Source: Negaprion brevirostris
Lineage: Eukaryota
Direction: 5' to 3'
Assembly: GCA_030324005.1 (NCBI GenBank)
Contig: JARDVH010000121.1
Location: 9,326,438 to 9,386,720 of the forward strand
Length of the DNA: 60,283 nt
In this document: positions 39,481 through 49,377 of the stretch, piece after piece
Layout: every line of letters begins with the position of its first letter
Position numbering within the stretch: position 1 is the first letter of the stretch
Position numbers and translations under genes: made by a program
Notes under the pieces: generated by a model
Database searches by the model: none
The model's input: only the letters and a program-made list of their open reading frames with translations
Told to the model about the DNA's origin: nothing

Positions 39481-40049
39481 ATTATTCCGGTAAATAACAC
39501 CATTATGACAGATCCTGCTGTAAAACGCGGGAGTGTTTTTCATCATTGTATCAGTTAGTTTTATCTGATACAGCTGAGGGCACGTTGCAAAGCTTCTGTT
39601 ACAAAGAGCCTGGGTGGGGATTTTTCGTCGATGAAGCTTTTTTGAAACTGCAACGATAAAAGTATGTAATATTGCACCATAAAACACTTCCATGGCATCG
39701 CTTCAAAATTTAACACGGTGATACAATTTGCTGGATAAAGTGCATAATTCATTTCAGAAATGATAATCATTTACTTTTGATGAAGTGGGTTGAAATGGCT
39801 TCATTTGGCTCTCTCACGCGTCACGCAGTCAAGGTTCAAGATGATGTCAAGGAGATGGAATTGTGGCACAGTCAAAGGCACTGCTGTCTAACATCGTCAG
39901 TATGGGGGGTGGGGGGGCACTAATAGTTTAGACAGTAATGCACTGACAGAACTACTGACATTACGTTAACTGACGGTTTAAACAAGCTTATGAGCTAACG
40001 ATTACTCAGTTACACATATGAGGTGCATTAAGGAATTTTTAGGTGTGTT

Positions 40050-43000
40050 TTTTTTTATATAGCTCGTATGCTGATATCGTAATTTTAATATGTTTAAGGC
40101 ATATTGTTCATTTTAGCTCAGAACAAATTGTTGTAAAGAATCAAACTAAAAAGAATTACGGCGAAGTCATATTCCTAGAGAACGTTTAAACGTTGGGAGC
40201 AATCGATCTAATTTCTTGATTAAGGTTTGTTCGCTGTCCAGACCATATGATAGGACGTGTTTATCTGATTTGGCAGTGACCTCTAAGGGAACCCATAAGA
40301 ATGTTCAATTGAACTTTGAATTTATGTTTTAGGTTACTATGCAACATGGGACGTAGGTTCAGCCAAGACAAGGGTTCAAGGTTATGCGCTAAATTAAAAT
40401 GTAATTATGCCAGTCGGTATGACGCATTTGGTTAAGAAATGTGACATGCATTATTGTTGATTTGTGTATATTACGGATGTTTTATTTTTATTTTGCTTAT
40501 AAAACATGGGAACAATTGATAAAACAATAATCACTTCACAAACAGTCACAGTAAATCTGGTGTGGAAGACTCCGAAGGAATGTCCATAGCGGCGGTAGTA
40601 ACAATTTCGGTGTATCCTCAAACCTCAGAGTAGGCGGGTGAGGATGAAACAGTTAGGAAAAAAAAAATATATATATATATACAGAAGGTAACTCAGGAAG
40701 ATGGGGATCCCCTTGTAGTCGGACGACGGCATTGGCTGTTCTGGTAACACCACGCCATAGAATAATAAAACCATCTAGTACAGGGAGAGGAACGCCGACA
40801 ATAACTACTGATGATGACCGTTATCGATGAAAGATGAACATCTGTTGATTGAAAAATCAGGNNNNNNNNNNNNNNNNNNNNNNNNNNNNNNNNNNNNNNN
40901 NNNNNNNNNNNNNNNNNNNNNNNNNNNNNNNNNNNNNNNNNNNNNNNNNNNNNNNNNNNNNAAAATCAGGCCGGTTACCTCGCAAGCTCCAAAAATTGGC
41001 TTTGTGAGAAAGCATGAGTGAAGAGTGAAGAGATTTGAGATGTTCATCTTTTTTTCCTTTTGATGGCATAATGATTTTAATAAATTAATAATTACATGAG
41101 CCAAAATAGTAAATATTACGCGATTCCTTGTCAGGAAACGATTGAATATTTGCAGCCGATGGTAGTGAACAACAAGTGTATGAGGAATTTAAATGGACGG
41201 AAGAGTGAGTGGCACGCTAATTGGTTTAAGGTAGTCTTAGTTAAACAATAGCCCAAATAATCTGCAGCAGAATACAGAGAATGAAAACCCACGGTTTATG
41301 TAGATAATAGACGGATCGGAAATTGTACTTGGGATTAAAATATGTTCAGTGCATGTTCAAAGAGGGATTTAGCCCAACTAGAACTCGAATTATAGATGTA
41401 GGTGTTTCAACAGGAAACAGCTATTTGATGTTGCGAACTTGCCAAGAAAGCAGAATCCAATTATTATTGTAAACCCCAAATGAGTTCAATACAGATTGAC
41501 CAGACGCAACCTAGTTTCTTAAAACGTGTTCTGTGTGAAGAAAGCAAGTAACATATTGTTAAGGATTGCTGACGCAGGCCCACGATAAATAATCAGAGTA
41601 GAAAAAGACAAGACAACAAAGGGAAGTTATCATATCCAAACTTTTTGTGCGAAAATTGGGGGTAGATTAGAGAAGGCCAGTGTCCCAAGAAGGCAAATTC
41701 ATCCTCCGAAGGTCAAACCCAGAAATCCGTAGGAACACATCATTTGCCAATGACAGTATTTCAGATTTCAGCAGCAGAATTAGAGAAGATCTTCAATCTC
41801 AAATGACAAGTAACAGCTCTCGAACTACACTTAGAGATCCCTGAATGCATGTTGAAGCATTTTCAGAGGGTCACAACTGCACGACTTTTGTGGACACCTG
41901 GGCATCTCTGTCTATGACGGATGTAAATTTGCCGACATATGATCAGAAAATATGGTTGCAAGGAATAAGCGAGGAGATTAAGTTTCAGTTATTGACCGAA
42001 CTTACTGGGTGAAGAAGAACCGGCCTTGATTTGGATATGTTCGACGGAGCAGGAAAATCCCCAAAAAATAACAACTTTCCACTGGATATGCAGATACCGC
42101 TAGGAGAAGGGTGTGACATAATTCGTGTCCTCAGAAATGAATTTCAGAGTGCGGCCCTACAACGTTTACGTCCACTACTCAGGAAGGGAGGTAGTCATAT
42201 TGGCAATGTGTTCACGTGTATGTTTCTGATATTTTCAGAGATAGTAGAAGTCAGTATTTTGGAAGAACTTGTCAAAATATTTCAGAGACCTTCAAGACTT
42301 TATTTGGCAAGCCACGAGTAGTGTGGACGAATGAATTGTGTTTTCCAAACGTGAACAACATACAGACAAACGTATCTCCAGGGTCTTGGATGTATTTCTT
42401 CAATGCTTTAGGAAGAACACGCTACGAATTAAATGGAGGAAATTCAATCCACCTCCAGAATTCGGCCCAGTGATGGTGAGGAGTTTTTCGATAGTAAGAA
42501 GATATTTGTGGCTTAATGTGCCAAGTTTCTTATCAATTCGAAATGTCACATTATCAATATCGTTGGAACAGTTCGATTTATGCCGAACCGTGAAGCGTCG
42601 GACGGAAATTAGTTGGGGAGTCATCGAAGGCAATAAATTTGTAAATGTCACACTAGAAGAGATACTTTTACTCTTCTTCAATAAGCCTGTTGCCTGAAAA
42701 TTGTGTGAAATGAATCTTCGCTGATACTTCTAAACTCGACTCTGATTGTATTGACGTACTTTGCAAGCGATTATGAACAAATTGCATAACTGTGGGTCGA
42801 ATAACATTGTTATTCTGAACGCCGTCTTAATGAAGAAAAACTATCAAGTTCCGATTCACAACTAATTTCAAGGAATTGTTTATATTCTGCAGCATTGGTC
42901 ATTTCAAAAATCAGCCAAAATCCCAGCCCGTACAACAAATAAGACGCTGAACGCTACTAACAGCTGACATAATTCAGAAGGGCCACTGTTTATCGAAGAC

Positions 43001-43050
43001 AGAATTGTCCAACGACATAAAACAATATAAGACAACACCTGCAGCTTATT
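40050..43050 (+). mobile_element. Decayed env-like region, possibly with an integrase C-terminus upstream
   Basis: CSKR|DL (RSKR after one CpG decay) at 41354-41371, then IIDVGVSTGNS (fusion-peptide-like), KIWLQGISEEIKFQL, IPLGEGCDII and spaced Cys; frameshifted throughout. Confidence 0.4.
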
Positions 43051-44349
43051 CGCGAAGGAAGGAATATATCATTGCCTTTTTATTTCGTTAGTATGCCGTG
43101 GTGATAAACACGGTTGAATAATTTGAGTAAAATGATAGCATTTTAGATTTTCCTTCCGTTCCCAATGAGACTTTTAATCAAAACGTGGCTCAAATACGGC
43201 AGCATTTGGCACTGAAGGTTAACCTTTTATATGTGTGTGCTGCGTTCTTCAATACCACATAATTCAAAGAATTTCAGGTCAGCCAGATATCGTTCGATTA
43301 AATGCACAGCCAATCGCCAAATGCCATCCCAGGGAGTTGCAGAGAGGAAGGCATGCTTGTGGCGAATCTGCCACATGCAATTTGCAAATAAATATAAAGG
43401 AATATTCCGTCCACGTTGATATTCCTTAAAAAGTGAATGCCCTAAACTGTCTACATTGAGTGATTTCAATAACTAAAATTGAATGTGCAAGTATAAGAAA
43501 CAAAAAATATATGGCATATATGTATATATATCCCTGGAGTATCTCCTGATAAAGTTGCACCTGCAGCAAACAGTACAAACGAGATCAGTAAAAAGACGAA
43601 TGACAATATTTCAAGAAAGCAAAAACAAAAAATCTGACGTGGAGCATCTTATTCTACCCCCCTCCCCACTTCCCACCCGCCTCGCAACCTGCGCCCCGCA
43701 AATAAAAGTGTCCAACAGGCAGGAACATTGGAGATGTTCTCTTTTTGGGGCGTTCATAGTAGACCGAATCTCTGGAACTACCTCTGAGAAATATATGTCA
43801 AAAACAGCGGAGCGACCTTCCTGATTACGCGCGCCCATCAACCGCCTGCTTTCCGAAGTCCAAATCACCCCATTGCACAATCTGTCATGCAACTTTTTTT
43901 TGCAAAAAAAAAACAAAAACCAAATGTTTAAAATGCAAGGTTTGAGAAATATGTTGCCAATTATTCGGTCTGCATGCCACAAGTACATATCCCGGAGGAG
44001 TGCTTCCCTCTCTGTAGGTCTCAGATTGATCAATAATTCATACTAATCAATATTTCATATTTCATCTCAAATCAATAACTCAAATTTCCAATTGCTCTGT
44101 GATTCAGAGCCGAGGTGTCTAAACCATTACGTCATTCACTGAAGAAGCATTTGACAGCCATGGGTCATTGACTGGGTATGTGAGAACTGTGGAGTTGCAT
44201 GGCCGATGAAGAGCCTGCATCCCTGACTGCATGAGTAATAATTATGGGGGATTGAATATTGTTATTATTCAATCTGTATTGAACTCATTTGGGGTTTACA
44301 ATAATAATTGGATTCTGCCTTCATATGTATTAATTAATATTAATTCATA

Positions 44350-44507
44350 TACCCACCAATCCGTCTAACCCATGCATCTCAGGACACTAAGGGGCAATTT
44401 TAGCATGGCCAATCAACCTAACCTGCACATCTTTGGACTGAGGAAACCCACACAGACACGAGGAGAATGTGCAAACTTCACACAGACAGTGACCCGAGCT
44501 GAGAATC
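44350..44507 (-). mobile_element. HE1-type SINE fragment
   Basis: gacactaaggggcaattttagcatggccaatcaacctaacctgcacatctttggactg...cacacagacagtgaccc. Confidence 0.9.
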
Positions 44508-44511
44508 ACAC

Positions 44512-45158
44512 TGTTATTGGACAACAAATTTTATGAAATTGGGCACACAAAATCGAAGCAAACTAAAGCTATCCTCAGAGACCTCCACTGAAATCACGAA
44601 CTAACAGACACTGATCAGTAGGCAAGAGCATGCTTTTAGAATGCAGATGAGGGCTAGCACACAAGGGAAATTGGACAGGGTGGCACCTACAGGAACTAAA
44701 TTAAAGAACACATCCTCACCTCATCAAAATCAGCCCTTCTAAACCAGTCAAACAACCCATGGAGACACCTAAAATTAACACAGTTAAGAAAGCGTCCCTG
44801 GCCCCTCAAAACTCTTGAGATCAATAACACACCTATGGTTCAAACCCCAGAGATTCCAGACCATTGATAACCAACCAGACAAAAACGATTAACACACACT
44901 TAAAACAATTGCTCCAACACTCGAAAACATCGAAACAGGATGGCTGAAGTCAAATACTGTAAATAAAGGATTAGCATTTGAAACGCGAAGTTCAGGTATA
45001 ACTATAGCCCGTTGTGGGGGAGTCTTTAGAGCACTTTTGGGACAGTCCGATTGTATGTCCTGACTGTGTTACTCCGTCGACGTAAAGAAAATAAAGCTGT
45101 GCCGTCACTGAACTTCACCCTGAGTCCGTAGTGGTCGTTTCGCCCACTCGCGCTAACA
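44512..45158 (+). mobile_element. Solo LTR (647 bp)
   Basis: TGTTA...TAACA termini, TATA-like ggtataactat near 44996 and AATAAA at 45090-45095; second copy at 46766-47137. Confidence 0.85.
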
Positions 45159-45445
45159 CCAGAATGCCGTGAAGATCTCCACGGTCAGCCTGTCCAGCCC
45201 CGGGGGTCCAGCCCCTGGAGAGGCTGTTGAATGCACTGGGAAGCTCCCCCAGGCTGATAGGGGCATCAAGCTTTCCGGCACCCTCTGCAGCAAGCCCTCA
45301 GACAAAACTCTGCAAGCATCCTCACTGGATGGTTCTAGCGAGAGAAGGGCAGTGTAGAAATTTTGGGCATGGGCCCTGATGCCCTCTAGCTCTGAGGCAA
45401 CGATTCCATCGTCAGCCAGCAGCATAAGGGGTAGGGTCAGACTCG
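45159..45445 (-). mobile_element. Tx1 (L1 clade) ORF2 fragment
   Basis: LLADDG...EGIRAHAQNFYTALLSLEPSSEDACRVL...PGLDRLTVEIFTAFW (PGxDGLTVEF motif). Confidence 0.85.
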
Positions 45446-45627
45446 CATTATGATTCTTGTCAGTATGAAGGATGGACAACCAATTAGCTGACCTTGTCAC
45501 TGGCAGGAGATGGAGGTGGCACTCTTAGTGGGCATCCATCCTTCAATTGACAGATTGAAGGACATGCAACACTCAGTTGAGAGCGGGAGGCACAAAGATG
45601 GCACTTCTGTGGTAACAAATTCCACAG

Positions 45628-45760
45628 GCTTCTTCAGATAAGGAGACCAAAACTGCACACAATATTCTAGGTGGGGCCTCATTAAAGCACTGTATAATTG
45701 CATCAAGACATCCTTGCTCCGACACTCAAATCTTCTTACTATAAAGGCCAACATACCATA
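45628..45760 (-). mobile_element. CR1 ORF2 fragment
   Basis: MLAFIVRRFECRSKDVLMQLYSALMRPHLEYCVQFWSPYLKK. Confidence 0.9.
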
Positions 45761-45789
45761 TTATGTCATGACAAAGTAAAATAATTCAA

Positions 45790-46320
45790 CAACTTTAAAA
45801 AAGTCTGTTGTATTTCATTTTTTTATATTGTTAATTTTAATTTACTGCTCATGCATTTTGGTGATCACAGTCATAGCCAGAGTGTAGAGAAAGATCAACT
45901 TAATGCAAGGTAAGTCCATTCAAAAGTCTGACGGCAGCAGGGAAGATGCTGTTCTTGACTCGGTTGGTATGTGATCTCAGACTTTTGTATCTTTTTCCTG
46001 AAAGAAGAAGGTGGAAGAGAGAACGTCCAGGTGCTTGAGGTCCTTAATTATGTTGCTGATTATGGTGCTTTGCCAAGGCAATGGGAAGTGTAGACAGAGT
46101 CAATAGATGGGAGGCTGGTTTGCATGATGGATTGGGCTACATTCATGACCTTTTGTAGTTCCTTGCGATCTTGGGCAGAGCAGTGATACAACCAGAAAGA
46201 ATGCTTTCTATGGTGCATCTGTAAAAGTGGTGAGAGTCATAGCTAATATGCCAAATTTCCTTGGTCTTCTGAGAAAGTATAGCATTGGTGGGCTTTCTTA
46301 ACTATGGTGTCGGCATGGGG
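45790..46320 (-). mobile_element. Rex1/Babar-type LINE 3' remnant
   Basis: Minus strand reads IVKKAHQ.YFLRRPRKFG...FYRCTIESILSGCIT...SAQDRKELQKV...LPSIDSVYTS, with frameshifts. Confidence 0.85.
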
Positions 46321-46494
46321 AGCCTCTATTCATCCAACAAATTTGCCTGTAAGTTTACAGTTAACGAAATGCTCTTATTAAACTACTGATCATGCAAGAA
46401 CCATTGGTTATTTTGTATAGTGAATAAAGTCAAGAGTTACTGAACTAATCTTTAACACTTTGGTCCTAAAAATCCAATCATAGTCACAGAACCT

Positions 46495-46665
46495 TAGAAT
46501 CACTACAGTGCAGAAGGAGGTCATTCAGCATATCGAGCTTGCACCGACAACAATCCCACCCTAGCCCTGTCCCCATTACCCCATGCATATATCCTGGTAA
46601 TCCCTCTGACACTAAGAGGCAATTTAACATGGCCAGACAACCTAACTGTACATCTTTGGACTGTG
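46495..46665 (-). mobile_element. HE1-type SINE 3' half, cut by a gap
   Basis: tagaatcactacagtgcagaaggaggtcattcagc tail; gacactaagaggcaatttaacatggcc...ctttggactgtg. Confidence 0.9.
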
Positions 46666-46765
46666 NNNNNNNNNNNNNNNNNNNNNNNNNNNNNNNNNNN
46701 NNNNNNNNNNNNNNNNNNNNNNNNNNNNNNNNNNNNNNNNNNNNNNNNNNNNNNNNNNNNNNNNN

Positions 46766-47137
46766 GAAAGCGTCCCTGGCCCCTCAAAACTCTTGAGACC
46801 AATAACGCACCTATGGTTCAAACACCAGAGATTCCAGACCATTGATACACAACCAGACAAAAACGTTTAACACACACTTAAAATAATTGCTCCAACACTC
46901 GAAAACATCGAAACAGGATGACTGAAGTCAAATACTGTAAATAAAGGATTAGCATTTGAAACGCAAAGTTCAGGTATAACTATATCCCACTGTGGGGGAA
47001 TCTTTAGAGCACTTTCGGGACAGTCCGATTGTATGTCCTGTCTGTGTTTCTCCTCGACGTAAAAAGAAAATACAGCTGTGCCGTTATTGAACTTCACCCT
47101 GAGTCCGTAGTGGTCGTTTCGCCCACTCGCTCTAACA
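46766..47137 (+). mobile_element. Second LTR copy (5' part lost in a gap), followed by a plus-strand CR1 tail (47138-47170)
   Basis: Close match to 44788-45158, ending in ctaaca; followed by gcctatttctgatcctagtccttatgttcttat. Confidence 0.85.
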
Positions 47138-48329
47138 GCCTATTTCTGATCCTAGTCCTTATGTTCTTATTCACTCGACTGCTCACTCAATTCAGATCCA
47201 TCAAGTGACTATACATTCATTGTTATACCAAAATCATAGCCATCTTTTCACTCCAAATTATCATTCCTTCATTGCTATGTCAATCCACGATAATTATTCC
47301 TCAAGCAGTAAGTAATGCAGGCTCTTCATCGGTCACGCAACTCCACAGTTCTCACGTACCCAATCAATGACCCATGGCTGTCAAATGCTTCTTCGGTGAA
47401 TGACGTCATGGTTTGGACACCTCGGCCCTGAATCACAGACTAACTGGAAATTTGAATTATTTTGGCACATAATGAGAGTCTGATCAGTCGCTTAACAACG
47501 CCTACTTTGGAAAATCGTTCAGACATATAAAGCGAATCATCATATGCTCTGAAATTGCATAACAACGTTCCTAATTTAAAAATAAGCAGATCTTGTGGTA
47601 ATTGTGTAATCTATTCCATCCGAACGTACAGAACATCTGATACAAAACATCAGTATTTTATCTCCAAAAGCAATATATGCCTGGAAATAGAGATGCAAAA
47701 AAAAATGATAATTGCGACTGCATCAAAGAAAAGAAAAATCCAGGGTGCAATTGAACGGCAATTTGGCAAGTGCGTTTTTGCAGAGATCGGCAGGTAACGA
47801 CGTTTTGCGTCAATGGTTTTCCTTCCCACGTTGACAAATTCTGACTCGATTTTTTTTTCGAATGTGGTGTTTACATTTCGTATCAGTGAAGAGATTGCAC
47901 GCAGGAAAAATAATCAGGATTTTCCTGTGCGACACTACCATAGTGGTGGCAATACAGCAGGACGTCCTGTGGTATCTAAATTAGTTTCCTTTGTTTCTGT
48001 CCACTTTTTCACTGTGAAGTCACGTTCCACTCGCTGGAGCGAAAAAAAAAGGCATAGCGTGCAATTTCTTTTCTAATGCATTGAGAATTTCTTGCCATGA
48101 CCTATCATTTCTTTAAGTTTTTATATTTGTCAAACAATGGGAAATAAAACAACACTCCACATTGAAGAGAATACTCGTAAAGCATTTCGAAAATATGCGC
48201 TCCATACCAGGCTAAGAGGTCTATAAACCTTGCGGTCTCTCCAACGTAGAAGAAAAAAAAATGTCATTTGTTCCAATGCACCTGCACTGATTCTCCAGTG
48301 ATTCTCGATAAATATATCCGTGGCTAATC

Positions 48330-48530
48330 AACGGTACCTACACATCCTTGGATACTGCAGGAAGAGTTGGCGAGGCTAAAATGCCTCATATGCAGATCTT
48401 TGAAATGTGGGCGGAAACAAGAATGCTTGGAAGAAATCCAGATATTGCAAGATCACGCAACTTTCATAGGCACAGTCACCCAAGTTTGGAATCGAACCTC
48501 TGCCACACATCAGTGTTAATCGCTCTGCAG
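48330..48530 (-). mobile_element. Degenerate HE1-type SINE
   Basis: atctttgaaatgtgggcggaaacaagaatgcttggaagaaatcca...acagtcacccaagtttggaatcgaacc. Confidence 0.7.
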
Positions 48531-49130
48531 CAGCGATGGTTTTAATAATTCTAAAATTCATATAGCATTTAGCGCGCTGACAGAATTATACACATAACGT
48601 GTCACCTCTCCACAAATTTGCCCCAAGCTCCGATATTTAATTCCAGCCAATTCATCTCTTCTCCCACGTGAATTTCTTGATTCGAATGCCGTAAAACACA
48701 GCTCCTGATTGTGCACCTCAGATCGTACGGGTTCATTTTGTTGAGGTACAAATGCGCATGTCACAACTGTGCATTGTGCCAGTTGAATTACACAATGCAC
48801 CCCTCTGTTGTGTAATCTAAACACGGTTGAGCACGTTTCCTTTTGTCTACTCTATGGAGAACCTGATATTTTCTATCCCACTATCGTATGCCATGTTCTG
48901 CCTGATATTCACAACAAAATACACCTGACTTCTCCAAGCTCTTGATGCAAATATATTTTCTCATTGCAAGTACAATTCTCGTGAATCTTCATTTTGTGCA
49001 ACATTTTCAGTCTGCTTTCTTATGCATGAATCAGAGCCAAGCACTAACACCAGATGATATGTAAATCATGCACGCACCTTCTCCCAGTCTATGTTAATTC
49101 AAGTAGCCACGACTGTATTATTTTTCGTAC

Positions 49131-49208
49131 CTGTTAATCTCCTCTGGTACATGAACTGCCCCATCGCACGTGCACTTTCTGTCCGTAAATCGGATTCTCT
49201 TTTCAAAA
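49131..49208 (-). CDS. Candidate 78-nt phase-1 exon ((V)LKRESDLRTESARAMGQFMYQRRLT)
   Basis: ttgttgttgcaatattgttag|exon|gtacga; open reading frame in phase 1; no homolog recognised. Confidence 0.25.
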
Positions 49209-49231
49209 CTAACAATATTGCAACAACAAAA

Positions 49232-49377
49232 TTGAAGCTGGGAATGGAATTAAAAAGGAGAACCGACAAGGTAGTTATCTCTGGGCTACTGCCCGTACCA
49301 AGTGCAGACGGGCCTAAGGTTGATGAGATTAAGGAAGTGAATGGGTGGCTCAGGGATTGGTGTGGGAGGAATGGGTT
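49232..49377 (+). mobile_element. CR1 ORF1 (SGNH esterase-like) fragment, cut by a gap
   Basis: KLGMELKRRTDKVVISGLLPVP...EIKEVNGWLRDWCGRNG. Confidence 0.85.

Noticed and set aside
38871-39497. 208-aa plus-strand ORF, among the longest not dominated by Ns
   Set aside because: No recognisable domain, it spans a small gap, and it is best explained as the antisense shadow of the decayed gag-like region.
48558-48824. Minus-strand ORF containing an ITIM-like IKYRSL
   Set aside because: The motif is short enough to arise by chance, no transmembrane or Ig exon was found upstream, and the frame conflicts with the phase-1 model.
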